DNA from: Octopus vulgaris
Taxonomy: Eukaryota
Length of the DNA: 64,000 bases
Reading direction: 5' to 3'
NCBI GenBank assembly: GCA_951406725.2
Contig: OX597816.1
Span: forward strand, 179,180,001-179,244,000
The notes beneath the pieces were generated by a model, which saw only the letters and a program-made list of their open reading frames with translations, was not told the origin of the DNA and did not search any database. The position numbers and the translations under genes were made by a program. Shown here one piece after another: positions 1 to 12,572 of this stretch (position 1 is its first letter; every line of letters begins with the position of its first letter).

Positions 1-111
1 CAAGGATGTAGTCGATTTAGTCGATGTAGTCGATATATATATATGTATGTATATGTATATATATATGTATATGTATATATATGTATATATAAGTATATGT
101 ATATATATATA

Positions 112-2379
112 TCATCATCATCATCGTTTAACATCCATTTTCCGTGCTAGCACAGGTTGGACCATTCGACCGGGGTCAGGGAAGCCAGGAGGCTGCACCA
201 GGCTCCAGTCTGATCTGGCAGTGTTTCTACAGCTGGATGCCCTTCCTAATGCCAACAATCCCGTGAGTGTAGTGGGTGCTTTTTATGTGCCTTCAGCACA
301 GGTGCCAGGGGAGGCTGGCAGCGGCCACAATCAGTTGGTGCTTTTTACATGCCACTGGCACAGAAGCCAGTCAAGGCAGTGCTGGCATCGGATGGTGCTT
401 TTTACATGCCACTGGCACAGATATCGCAACTGCAATTTCCATTTGATATTTATTTTGATGTTGATGTACTTGAATCAATAGCTCTCCTCAAGCACAGCAG
501 GTCATGTGCCACCGGCACAGAAGCCAGTCAAGGTGGCACTGGCATCGGCCACATTCAGATGGTGCTTTTTACATGCTGCCGGCACAGATATCATAACTAC
601 AATTTCCATTTGATATCTATTTTGATATTGATGTACTTGTCTCAATAGATCTCCTCAAGCACAGCAGGTCACCCTACAATCCAAGGTAAGCACAGCAGGC
701 CGTCCTGCGATCCAAGGTACTTTGGATGGGCTGGGGCTATGCGAAACTGGTGCAGGAAGCAGCCATGAACTCACATTATTTGTCGGGTCTTTGCAGTCAC
801 AGCATATTGTCTCTCTTGCACACCACATCTGATGCTTCAGGGCGCTTACACTCTGTGGTGTGTGCACACTGACATTACACATCCAGTAGATCATGCTAGC
901 TTCATTTCTTTCAAGTCTGTATATGTCCTCCGCAGTCACTTCCCATGTTTCACTGCCGTGGAGCATAGCAGTTTGCACACATGCATCGTACAATCTACCT
1001 TTCACTCTGAGCAAGAGACCCTTTGTCACCAGTAGGGGTAGAAGCTTTCTCAACTTTGCCCAGGCTATTCATATTCTAGTGGTGACACTCTCTGAGCATC
1101 CACCTCCACTACTAACTTGGTCACTAGGTAGCGGAAACTATCAACTACTTCTAGTTTCTTCTAGTATGATGGAATCTGTTTTCTGAGTATCTGTGGTGTC
1201 TATTGCCCCTGTGAATCTGCCACACATGAAAGCTATCTTCTCAGTTAATTTTCCTTTGATGTTGCTGCACTTCTTATGCGTCCATAGCTTACACTAGGTA
1301 CATCTTATGGAGTTTCTACCTACACCTTTTCTACAGATCGAGCAGGGCCACCTACCTGAGGTGGTGTGTGATGAGTTCGCCTCCCTGCTTACTATAACTT
1401 TGGTCTTTGCTACATTTACTCTAAAGCCTTTTGATTCTAAACCTTGCTTCCACACCCGAAATTTCTTTTCTAGTTCCAGTAGTGATTCTGCTATGAGGGC
1501 CAAGTCATCAGCATAGAGGAGCTCCCAGGGGCAACCCATCTTGAATTTCTTTGTTATTGCCTGGAGGAATATGATGAATAGAAGGGGACTGAGGGCTGAA
1601 CCTTGGTGGACCCCTACTTCTACCCGGAATTCTTCACTATACTCATTGCCATGCGTGAAGGCGCATGGCTCAGTGGTTAGAGCGTCGAGCTTACGATCGT
1701 GAGGTTGTGAGCTCGAATCCCGGACCGGGCTGCGTGTTGTGTTCTCGAGCAAGGCACTTTATTTCACGTTGCTCCAGTTCACTCAGCTGTAGAAATGAGT
1801 TGCGACGTCACTGGTGCCAAGCTGTATCGACCTTTGTCTTCCCTTGGATAACACTGGTGTTATGGAGAGGGGAGGCTGGTATGCATGGGCGACTGCTGGC
1901 CTTCCATAAACAACCTTGCCCGGACTTGTGTCTAGGAGGGTAACTTTCTAGGTGCAATCCCATGGTCATTCATGACCGAAGGGGGTCTTTACTCATTGCC
2001 AATCCTAACCTTACTAACGGCCTCTCTGTATAGGGCCTGTATAGCCCTTATCAACCAGTCGTCAATCTCCAGTTTCCGCATCACCCACCAGATAAGGGAT
2101 CGGGGGACCCTGTCAAAGGCTTTCTCCAAGTCCACAAAAGCTAAGTAGAGGGGTTTATCTTTAGCTAGGTATTTCTCCTGCAGTTGTCGAACCAGGAATA
2201 TGGCATCGGTGGTGCTTCTACCCAGAACAAAACCAAACTGCATCTCATCTAAGCAGACTCTCTCCCTAATGAGATGGACTATGACCCTCTCTGTGACCTT
2301 CATTACCTAATCAAGCAGTTTAATACCCTTGTAGTTATTCCTATCTAGAGCATCACCTTTACCCTTGTAGCAGTCAACT
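112..2379 (-). mobile_element. RTE-clade LINE, 5'-truncated, decayed RT plus 3' UTR with (GAT)n tail; interrupted by a SINE
   Basis: Minus-strand ORF pieces carry RT motifs ([59 protein letters not shown]). The (CAT)n tail is at 112-125 and the 5' end abuts (TA)n at 2380. Confidence 0.93.
1652..1989 (+). mobile_element. tRNA-derived SINE (CORE-like central domain) inserted in the RTE RT region
   Basis: A-box TGGCTCAGTGG and B-box-like GCTCGAATCC. Exact 12-bp TSD TACTCATTGCCA at 1640-1651 and 1990-2001. The RT frame resumes across it (GNE|YSEEF). Confidence 0.92.
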
Positions 2380-2584
<205 letters not shown>

Positions 2585-2590
<6 letters not shown>

Positions 2591-2811
2591 TGTATGTGTA
2601 TATCTGTATTCGTCCCCCCATCATGGCTTGACAACCAGTGCTGGTGTGTTTTCGTCCCTGTAACATAGTGGTTCGACAAAAGAGACTGATAGAATAAGTA
2701 TTATGCTTAAAAAATAAGTCCTGGGATTGATTGTTCAACTAAAACTCTCCAAGGCAGTGCTCCAGCATGGCTGCAGTCAAATGACAGAAACAACTTAACT
2801 AGTAAAAGAGT
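2585..2811 (+). mobile_element. SINE family A, 3' half
   Basis: Matches the 3' half of full copies (cttgacaacc...gatagaataagta...ctccagcatgg.gcagtcaaatgac...gtaaaagag). Confidence 0.85.
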
Positions 2812-3153
2812 AATCTCAAATTGAGATTAAAATTAATTCAAATTTGAAATTGTTTTTCCTGGTCAGAATTAATCAATATGCTAATTATTATTTTTTTTTT
2901 TTTTTACTTATTACAGGTGCTGTTTTTAACTTATTAAAATTTCTTGAATCACCACGTTGAGTATGTTACTTTGTATTAAGTACGTCAGCTTCAGCCAAAT
3001 TTCTCTAAAATTAGAATTAAAAATAGAAAGTAGACCTGAGTGAGTCTTGTATTTGATAATGCAGTGGACATATTTTGATCTTGTTAGATTCAGTGGTGAC
3101 CCGACAAGCCAATGATTTTCAGGATTTTTGGTTGATAATAAAAATATAAATAA

Positions 3154-3556
3154 CTAGCAGTATCGCCCAGCGTTGCTCGGGTTTGTAAGGGAAATAACTA
3201 TATATGCATTTTTAGAGAGTTATAGCAAAAAAATAGCAAAAAAATGCATTAAAAATAGAAAAAAAAATTATGGTAAATTTTTTTTTAAATCGTTGACTCA
3301 TCGTAGACATTTTTAGAGAGTTACTTCCCTTATATAATAGCGAAAAAATGCATTAAAATGGAAAAAAATGATGGTAAATTTTTTTGTAAATCATAGACTC
3401 ATCGTAGATGCGCGCTAATACCCAGAAGGGCTCGATATGAATCACGACTATAAGATACCCGGTTTTGGTTAAACTGCACCGCAAAATGTGGGAGTAGTTA
3501 GGAATCTAAATCGTAGGAGACAGACACTCACACAACCTCACTTTTATATATAAAGA
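3154..3556 (-). mobile_element. Non-autonomous Helitron
   Basis: On the minus strand it starts TC(TTTATATATAAAAG) and ends CTAG after a GC-rich hairpin. It sits between A and T with no TSD and is homologous to 4424-4821. Confidence 0.85.
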
Positions 3557-4104
3557 TTTGTCAATCAATATTTTTTCTTCTCAAAATTTGGCAAAGAACA
3601 GCACTGAACACAGAGTGAGGAAAGACACCAGGCACAAAAGTTGTCAACTCCACAGTACAGAATATGCTTGCCTTGTTGATTAAGGTATGTCTGCTAGTGG
3701 TTATATGGTGTTCCATTGTAATTTCCAGACCAGCAGGGAATTGTGTTCTTCAATGTAAACAGAGAATCCTGCAATAGACTGGCATTCCTCTTGGAGGAAA
3801 AGCTGGCTTGTCTGCCTAGCCAGTGGGGTGGCATCATCCAGGAGCTACAAGAATGCCGTGAAGCACATTGGGACCATGGTTTGTTTATATGTCCATCCTT
3901 GTCCTTTGTCCAAGGTGAGGAATCTATTTTGCACTGTGGGCAAATTACAAGTGCTGAAGAACCAGTAGAATCACATCTGTACTGAGAAAATAAATCTGTG
4001 GTGAATCTCTCACAATAAAAAGACTGCATTGATAGCATGCCACAGGGGTGCACCCACTCTATACACTTAATTTTACTTACAACTATTAAATAAATATATT
4101 ACAG

Positions 4105-4136
<32 letters not shown>

Positions 4137-4423
4137 TAGCAGCTGCTGTTGTTATGACTTAGGCAGCAGACTAGCAAACCAGAACATGTGCAACAATAAC
4201 AGAATGTCTTTTGTAGTCTTCTGTCAGGACTTTCCACAATGAACGACATTAACTTACTTTCCAGCTTAACTTCCACAAAAATGCAGAGTACAAGAAATGA
4301 ATCTGCACAGTACGTGCCTTCAGACAAGTGAGATTGCATGCATCTGCCTATACAAGTGAGTCTATTATACAGTGTGTGCATTCAAAGTGTGTTTCTGTGA
4401 CCTGTGTAACATACAAGTGATTA

Positions 4424-4821
4424 TCTTTATATATAAAAGTCAAGTTGTGTGTCTGTCTGTCTCCTATGATTTAGATTCCTAACTACTCCTACATTTTGCG
4501 GTGCAGTTTAACCAAAACCGGGTATCTTATAGTCGTGATTCATATCGAGCCCTTCTGGGTATTAGCGCGCGTCTACGATGAGTCTACGATTTAAAAAAAA
4601 ATTTACCTTCAATTTTTCCCATTTTTAATGCATTTTTGGCATATATAAGGGAAGTAGCTCTCTAAAAATGTATTATTAAATCTCAACGTAAAAAGCTACA
4701 GTAACACCCCCCCCTTTGTGGTTAGCCATATTGAGATGGCTATTATACTTTACATCTCTAAAAAAATGTTTATATAGTTATTTCCCTTACAAACCCGAGC
4801 AACGCCGGGCGATACTGCTAG
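4424..4821 (+). mobile_element. Non-autonomous Helitron
   Basis: 5' TC at 4424, subterminal hairpin CCCGAGCAACGCCGGG at 4794-4809, 3' CTAG at 4818-4821, A|T target. Confidence 0.87.
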
Positions 4822-5340
4822 TATACGATACATGTGTTCGCAGAAGAAAGGTCTGGCTGATGTGTATACACATGCATATTATTTCACATTGTTGCTGCTT
4901 AGGGGTTAAAAATGAAAGAATGAACACCGTTATCTTATTACTTACAAATAATACATGACTAAAATTGTCATACTCCTTACAGAAAAACAATTGCTAAGCC
5001 TTGCAATTTCCTGATAACCTTTCAAATTGATCATATATTTGTCAGTTATTCAAGAATACATCAGAAACACTAGTTTTCCCATCTTAAAATCCATGAAAAT
5101 ATTTCAGTCTTAAACAGAGTTTTTTTTTTTTTTCTTGTGTGAGTTATCTTGAACAAGCAATTTGATTTTCTGTTTTTTTTTTATTTTTTTTTGTGTTGTT
5201 AAATTTAAGTAAAACTTAAACACTTTTGCCTAACTAATTATCAAAACAGTGTAATGTTTACCTCGTGAAATTTATCTTTAAGGAGTTTAATAAAGATTTA
5301 TAATAATTTTTGTTTAGTAGTTCCTTGCAACATGGAATTT

Positions 5341-5518
5341 ACAAGGGGGTGCTGAAAAGTTTCTGGCTTTGGGTAAGATAAAATACAGGAGGATCAATTA
5401 ATTATGATTTTATTCAATGTACTCCCCTCTCAGATTCACACACTTATTGCAGTGGTCCTTCAGTTTTTCTAAGCTCTGTAAAAGAATATGGAAGGTTGGG
5501 CTAAGAACTTTTCAGCAC
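5341..5518 (-). mobile_element. Mariner-derived MITE / internally deleted mariner
   Basis: Inverted ends GTGCTGAAAAGTT (5349-5361) and AACTTTTCAGCAC (5506-5518). The minus strand encodes LEKLKDHCNKCVNLRGEYIE*, which resembles a mariner transposase C-terminus. Confidence 0.7.
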
Positions 5519-5599
5519 ATATTTCAAGTGTGCCCCTAGAATTAAGAAATGTTGTATTATAAGACATGAATATACCTGTTCTGGAGTACTGAGATGTTC

Positions 5600-6860
5600 A
5601 TAAGTTCATAACCATTATTACAAAATGCTACCTGTCTAATAAATATGACATTAAGCACCAACACACTAAAGCTTTTAGTCCTCAGACAAACAATATCCAT
5701 CGTTTGTATGTGTATTTCTTTCTGCAATGGTTTCTTCTTTTTCTTCTTGTCATTTTAGTCCAAGAAGGATAAGCAGTTCTTTAGCTTTTGGAGATGTTAC
5801 CATATAGGAATGGTCTATATGACTAATCTTCATCCTGTCAGAAAAAATATTCAGAGAGTTGTAGTTTTGGTTTGAATGGTTTTAGTGAATATTTTGTAGG
5901 TTATAGAAACTATAGTATGGAGGATGAGAGACAGATGAATCACCTGATTCATGTGAGGAAAAATGCTTGCAAAGTAAATTAATTCCTGCAACTATTTTTT
6001 ATCTTCAGAGCATTTGGAAAATTCTGTTTTTTAAAAAGTATTCTTCTTCAATTCTCTTTCAGCTCAAACATCTTATCTAGAACTCTTCCTTTGCTCATTC
6101 ACCAGTTTTCTGTAGCTCTTTCATCTATGTGCTCTTTGTCCTGCACTAGCTTTTAAAATATTTTGGGGTAAATTGGACTTTGTTTAGTAAGATGACTGTT
6201 AAAATGTTTGTCAACTCATTTCCAAGAGATTTTAAAATCAGCAGCTTTAAATAAATTATAGAGCCAATCACTAATGGTACTATTATTATCTCTGTCAAAA
6301 AGTCCTCTTGCTTCCAGATACGAGGATAAAATATTAGTGATATCTATTCCTTTGCTTCTCTTATGCAATTCTTTGCAACAGAAAACTTATTTGTAATTTT
6401 ATACAAATCTTATCAAAGTTACAGTGTTACATTTATTGGTAAGATCTGTTGACTCACCAACATGGATAGTAAAAAAAAGTCTCCCAATTTTGTAGTTTAT
6501 TACACAAATCTAGTTCAGCATTATGTGAGAGGTCATTAATTCTTTAACTTATTGTATTGTCTGAAAGTGGAATTCAATTCATCATGCTGCATATTGTCCC
6601 AGCATTTCACACATTATAATTTTACATGCTAGCATTATAAAAGTTCTCACCAACTGTGTGATATTTCTGTGCAATAATTTCAGTAACCATTGATAAATAC
6701 TTGTCAGAGTATGAAAGAATCTTTTTTGTGTGTGTCTATTTTTGCATTCACACTGAGACATTTACCAGAAGATTGAAATTATTCATTACAAGTTTCAGCA
6801 AAACTTTCTGGATGTTTCCTCTTCAAAATTCATCACAGTGGACTGTCAGATATTTCATAA
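5600..6860 (-). pseudogene. Decayed hAT (Buster/Charlie, ZBED-like) transposase
   Basis: Frameshifted minus-strand motifs HTVGEN..IMLACKIIM, IPLSDNTI, FTIHVGESTDLT (cf. FALQLDESTD) and MSKGRVLDKMFELK (cf. RWLSRGKVL.R.FEL). Ends are approximate. Confidence 0.78.
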
Positions 6861-7043
6861 AGAAATAAAACAAGTAAAAAACCCATTAGAACTGAAGCAA
6901 ATAAAGGGGAACATAAGAATTAATCTTTGAAATGAGTAGGCAAAAGAGGGTAACAATACAAACCTTTTCATATAATAGCAACACCAGATATATACACAAA
7001 ATTTTCTCAAACTTACTAAATAAACATAAATATATATATATAT

Positions 7044-7443
7044 ATAGGTGCAGGAGTGGCCGTGTGGTAAGTAGCTTGCTTACCAACCACATGGTTCCGG
7101 GTTCAGTCCCGCTGCGTGACACTTTGGGCAAGTGTCTTCTACTACAGCCTCGGGCCAACCAAAGCCTTGTGAGTGGATTTGGTAGACGGAAACTGAAAGA
7201 AGCCTATCGTGTATATGTATATATATATGTGTGTGTGTTTTTGTGTGTCTGTGTTTGTCCTCCCAACATCGCTTGACAACCGATGCTGGTGTGTTCATGT
7301 CCCCGTTACTTAGCAGTTCGGCAAAAGAGACCGATAGAATAAGTACTAGGCTTACAAAGAATAAGTCCTGGGGTCGAGTTGCTCGATTAAAGGTGGTGCT
7401 CCAGCATAGCCGCAGTTAAATGACTGAAACAAGTAAAAAGAGT
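7044..7443 (+). mobile_element. SINE family A, full length (tRNA-like head, internal TA/TG microsatellite, GTAAAAGA tail)
   Basis: A-box TGGCCGTGTGG, B-box GGTTCAGTCC, and near-identity to the copies at 8180-8589, 13237-13620 and 21847-22278. Confidence 0.92.
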
Positions 7444-7446
7444 ATA

Positions 7447-8041
7447 TAGATCCAGACATGACTGTGTGGTAAGAAGCTTGCTTCCCAACCACATGGTTCC
7501 GGGTTCACTCCCATTGCATGGCACCTTGGGCAAGTGTCTTCTATAACCTCAGGCCTTGTGAGTGGATTTAGTTGACAGAAACTGAAAGAAGCCTGTTATA
7601 TATATATATATATATATAATACCAAGTAAGTTAGGGGTTATGGATCCAACCCACTAAGGGATAGTATTTATCCAATATTCTGTTGGTAAAGTACCCAAAT
7701 TCTTAATACATAAATGTTTTTAATTGCAATGCAATTAACTTATTTATTGTATTAAACAGGTGAAGGTAAGGAAATATTTTACCATTAATTTATAATACAA
7801 ATAAGAAAATGGAGAAACAATTTAGTTATATATATATGTGTGTGTATGTGTGTGTGTGTGTCTTTGTGTCTGTGTTTGTCCCCCCCCCCCACACTGCTTG
7901 ACAGTTTGGCAAAACAGAACAATAAAATAAGTACCAAACTTAACAAGAGAATAAGTACTGGGGTTGATTCAGTTGACTACAACTTCTTCAAGACAGTGCC
8001 CCAGCTTGGCTGCAATCTAACGACTAAAACAAGTAAAAGGT
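7447..8041 (+). mobile_element. SINE family A, split by a ~210-bp insertion in its (TA)n tract
   Basis: 5' half at 7447-7600, 3' half at 7836-8041, unrelated sequence at 7617-7828. Confidence 0.8.
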
Positions 8042-8179
8042 AAATTTTAAAATTCAAACAACAGCTCTAAATAAAGAGTAAAAAATAGAAAATAAAGCTG
8101 GAAAACAAAGGCGTGTACCAACATCACAGGAAGTGCAGACAAGACCGGAAACAGGGCTGTGTAAGCTATATTTATATTT

Positions 8180-8589
8180 TACTCTCTTTTTACTCCTTTT
8201 ACTTGTTTCAGTCATTTGACTGCGGCCATGCTGGAGCACCGCCTTTAGTCGAGCAAATCAACCCCAGGACCTATTCTTTGTAAGCCCAGTGCTTATTCTA
8301 TCGGTCTCTTTTGCCGAACCGCTAAGTGACGGGGACGTAAACACACCAGCATCGGTTGTCAAGCAATGCTAGGGGAACAAACACATACACACAAACACAC
8401 ACATATATATATATATATATATACGACAGGCTTCTTTCAGTTTCTGTCTACCAAATCCACTCACAAGGCATTGGTCGGCCCGGGGCTATAGCAGAAGACA
8501 CTTGCCCAAGATGCCACGCAGTGGGACTGAACCCGGAACCATGTGGTTGGTTAGCAAGCTACTTACCACACAGCCACTCCTGCGCCTAT
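8180..8589 (-). mobile_element. SINE family A, full length
   Basis: Reverse complement of the family A consensus. Confidence 0.92.
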
Positions 8590-8910
8590 GCATAAACTAT
8601 TAGGGGAAAAGGTTTAGTCAATGCCCTGAGTGAGGCCAGCTCAGAGAACAAGATTATATGCTGACAGAAATCCTCTTTAATCACGACTTATTTGAGCTCT
8701 GTCTGGATATTTCATTTTAGCCTTACCTTTATTCACCTCTACATATTTCCAGATTACTCTCATATCATTGTGGGTACATGAAAACCTTTTGTATATGTAC
8801 TTTTTTATAAACATAATGTACATTTGAAAACAAGTTTAGATAAATACACAAATAGTCTGTCAAAAGATTTGCTTGCTAAAAATAAAGAAAAGATATTCAT
8901 TAGGTTTTAG

Positions 8911-8944
<34 letters not shown>

Positions 8945-9101
8945 ACCTTTCTCCTCCACTCTCTTTCACTTCTCTCCCCCTTTCTCTCTTTCTCTTTCTC
9001 TCTTTCTCTTTCTCTCTCTCTCTCTCTTTCTCTTTCTCTCTTTCTCTTTCTCTCTCTCTCTCTCTTCACCTCTCTCCTCCACTCTCTTTCACTTCTCTCC
9101 C

Positions 9102-9146
<45 letters not shown>

Positions 9147-9360
9147 ACCTCTCTCCTCCACTCTCTTTCACTTCTCTCTTTCCCTTTCTCTCTTTCTCTC
9201 TCTCTCTTCACCTCTCTCCTCCACTCTCTTTCACTTCTCTCCCCCTTTCTCTCTTTCTCTCTCTCTCTCTTCACCTCTCTCCTCCACTCTCTTTCACTTC
9301 TCTCCCCCTTTCTCTCTTTCTCTTTCTCTCTCTTCACCTCTCTCGCCTCTCTTCTTTCTC
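8911..9360. repeat. Polypyrimidine minisatellite: ~43-bp core separated by variable (CT)n
   Basis: Core cttcacctctctcctccactctctttcacttctctcccccttt recurs at about 8941, 9065, 9143, 9206, 9268 and partially at 9333. Confidence 0.9.
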
Positions 9361-9664
9361 AAGAATAGGTATAGGATCATACACTAACTCCACCATCCCC
9401 CACCCTGATAGAAGGACAAGGTTTATAGCATACTCACCTGGTCAAATTTTTATCCTTTGCTATTAACCAACCATGAATGAAAACAATTCAAATGGCCCAT
9501 AAGTTTCTAAAATTCTTTTGGTAGTTGAAAGTTTACAGAAATAAGTTTACACTAAAGTAAAGAATTGGGTTCCTACAAAAACAAAATTAATAGAAAAAAA
9601 GGGAATTAAATTTACTTTCCTACAACCTCTGCCTTTCAAGAGCAACAAGAAAGCGAACATCAAT

Positions 9665-10059
9665 ATAGGCACAGGTGTGGATGTGTGGTAAGAAGTCTGC
9701 TTCACAACCACGAGGTTCTGGGTTCAGTCCCACTGTGCAGCAGCTTAGGCAAGTACCTTCTACTATAGCCTTGAGCCAACCAAAACCTTGTGAGTGGATT
9801 TGGTAGACAGAAACTGAAAGAAGCCCATTGTGTGTGTGTGTGTGTGTTTGTCCCCCCCCCCCCACGACCACCCCACAACCAGTGTTGGTTTATTTATGTC
9901 CTCATGACTTAATAGTTTAGCAAAAAGGGTCAGATAGAATATGTACCAGCTTTTAAAAAAATAAGTACTAGGTTGACTCCTTCACCTAAAAGTTCTTAAA
10001 GGCAGTGCCCCAGCATGGCCACGGTCTAATGACTGAAGTAAATAAAAGATAGAAGATAC
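9665..10059 (+). mobile_element. SINE family A, diverged
   Basis: Head, body and tail homologous to family A. Confidence 0.85.
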
Positions 10060-10304
10060 AAGTCAGTAAACTAAAGCTGTTCATATTCTATTTATTTCAA
10101 TAAACTGCTTAACTGCTTTATTTTCATTTCTGCTCAAGTAAATGTCAAGAAACAAGCACCTTTTTCTTTAGTTTTTGCCTAGGTTTATTCTTCTTCAATA
10201 TTTTCAGTTTTTACTATGTTTTTAAACCTTATTATTTTTATTAGATTGTGAACATTTGTAGAATGTAGAATGACCAGAGTGGGACCGATCTGAATTATTC
10301 CCAT

Positions 10305-10349
10305 GCTAGCCCGTCCAACCCATGCTAGCATGGAAAGCGGACGTTAAAC

Positions 10350-10381
<32 letters not shown>
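10305..10381 (+). mobile_element. Extreme 3' end of RTE LINE with (GAT)n tail
   Basis: ccaacccatgctagcatggaaagcggacgttaaac(gat)n, as in the RTE tails at 47610-47657. Confidence 0.8.
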
Positions 10382-10385
<4 letters not shown>

Positions 10386-10446
10386 GTAAAAGTTAAAGAT
10401 GTAATCATTCCTCACTACATTAGAAGACAAGACAAAAGTATCACTT

Positions 10447-10933
10447 ATCTTTTACTTGTTTCAGTCACTGGCATTGTGGTCAGGCAATCAGCTCACGATG
10501 TGTAAGGTTGTGAGTTCATTTCCTAGCAGTGTGTTGTGTCCTTGAGCAAGACACTTTAATTCATGTTACTCCAGTCCTCTCAACTGGCAAAAATGAGGTG
10601 TACCTGTAATTTCAAGCATCTGGCCTTGTCACACTCTGTCTCATGCTGAATCTCCCTGAGAACTACATTAAGGGTACAGGTGTTAATTTCACGAGCAGGT
10701 TGTTCCATTGATCAGATCAACTGGAATCCTCGTCGTCATAATCAATGGAGTTCCATTGAACTGTGGCCATGCTGGAGTGTGGACTGGAAAGGCTTAGTCA
10801 AACAAATTGACTCCAGTACTTTTTTTTAAAGTCTGGTATTTATTCTATTGGTCTCTTTTGCTATAACACTAAGTTATGGGAAAAACTGGTCGGCAATTGG
10901 TGGAGATGGGTTACAAATACAAACATCAATGCA

Positions 10934-11004
<71 letters not shown>

Positions 11005-11169
11005 TGAGCTTCTTTTAGTTTCCATCAACCAAATCTACTCACAAAGCTTTAGTTGGCACGGGGCTGTAGCAGATGACACTTATCCAAAGATGCCATGGGA
11101 CTGGGGTGAATCCTAGAGTCATGGGACTGGGAAGTAAACTTCTAACCAGGTAGCAATACCTGTGCCTAT
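10447..11169 (-). mobile_element. SINE family A with a nested plus-strand CORE-like SINE (about 10480-10757)
   Basis: Family A tail at 10447-10478 resumes at about 10761 (tgtggccatgctggag). The insert has a B-box and ccttgagcaagacacttt core like 1652-1989. Confidence 0.8.
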
Positions 11170-11451
11170 CTTGCAGTCACTTTTACTTTTAATTATTCTT
11201 TGTAATTTTTGTTAATCGTTTTAATAGTTATGTAATGCTCAATATAGATAATTGATGTACAATAGATCATTTTTAATACACACGTGAGAAATTTCGACTG
11301 GGGACTGTTGGAGCCGCCATCTACAGTTGCTTTTAGATTAAGGGAGGGAGAGAGAGAGAGTTTACTAAGAAATAGAAGTGAGAGTGAAGATTCCTTTCAA
11401 GGGGAGAGAACCACTTCAGGGTTTGTTATTATTATTATTATTATTATTATT

Positions 11452-12276
11452 CAGTAGTTTTATTTTTATAGCGTGCTTTCACTTCACTACCGAGCGCAGC
11501 TCTGTGTGCCTTGGGTATATGCTGTGATTTGTTGTGATGCTCTGATGGTTATTGTATGGAAAGTGTTCTGCGTAGGATGTGTGCAGTGCCTAGTAGTGCA
11601 ATTTTCTGTATGTTATATGTGTTTGTAGGTCCTGGTGTTTTTGTTATGTATTTGTCTGAATATTTTTTTATCATGCCTAATGCACCTACTATGATAGGAA
11701 TTGTTTCTGTTTTTAGATTCCACATTCTGGTTACCTCTATTTCCAGGTCTTTATATTTTGAAAGTTTCTCCATTTCTTTTAGAGACACATTGTCATCTGC
11801 TGGTATTGATACATCAATTAGAAAGCATTTTTTTTCTTCATGATCTCTGACAACTATATCTGGTCTGTTGGCCTTAATTTCTCTATCTGTGTGTATCGGC
11901 ATATCCCAGAGTATGGTTGCTTTCTCGTTTTCTGTGACCTTTTCTGGTGTGTGCCTATACCATCTTTTTTCTGTTGTTATTCCATAATGTTGGCATAGCT
12001 TCCAATGTATGTAGGTTCCAACTCTGTCATGTCTGTGAATATATTCCTTCTTAGCCAGGACTGGGCAGCTAGAGATAATATTATTATTATTTCTTGTCCA
12101 TCTCCACATATTCTGCAGTTACTTGTAATATTTCTTTTCATTACATGTTTTTGGTAATTTCTGGTGGGGAGGCTTTGGTCTTGTGCTGCAATTAAAAATC
12201 CCTCTGTTTCTGCTTTGAGTCCTGAGCTTCTCAACCATTGCTGGGATTTTTCTTTGTCTATTTCTTTTGCGTTTAG

Positions 12277-12277
<1 letters not shown>
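11452..12277 (-). mobile_element. R4/Dong-like non-LTR retrotransposon 3' fragment (CCHC knuckle + restriction-like endonuclease)
   Basis: ETEGFLIAAQDQ, CRICG..E...SSC, RHDRV and RPDIVV..IDVSIP..EK..KY.DL motifs (ORFs 11977-12234 and 11549-12109, one frameshift). Flanked on both sides by (TTA)n. Confidence 0.88.
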
Positions 12278-12340
<63 letters not shown>

Positions 12341-12344
12341 GCAG

Positions 12345-12572
12345 CCGCAGCAGCAAGCCAGCAGAATCGTTAGAATGCTGGGCAAGGTGCTTAGTGGCAT
12401 TTCACCTGTCTTTATGTTCTAAGTTCAAATTCCATTGAGGTTGACTTTGCCTTTCATCCTTTCAGGGTCAATAAATTAAGTACCAGTGAAAGACTGGGGT
12501 TGATGTAATTGACTTGTCTCCTCTCCCCCCAAATTTCAGGTCTTGTGCCTATAGTAGAAAGGATTATTATTA
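12345..12572 (+). mobile_element. SINE family B
   Basis: Homologous to 40219-40449 (gcagaa.cgttag...gttcaaattcc...gcctttcatcctttc.gggtc.ataaa...taccagt) with an (ATT)n tail. Confidence 0.82.

Noticed and set aside
1660-1732. tRNA gene
   Set aside because: It is the tRNA-derived head of a TSD-flanked SINE, without a proper acceptor stem or terminator.
3694-4053. Coding exon between the Helitrons
   Set aside because: No recognisable domain. At best it is a decayed L1/Tx1 zinc-finger remnant (HG...QGEESILHC).
8860-9466. S/L-rich and E/R-rich ORFs
   Set aside because: Translations of the CT minisatellite.
9438-9572. Minus-strand exon with good AG and GTGAGT sites
   Set aside because: Stops occur in all three frames, so it could only be non-coding, and there is no further support.
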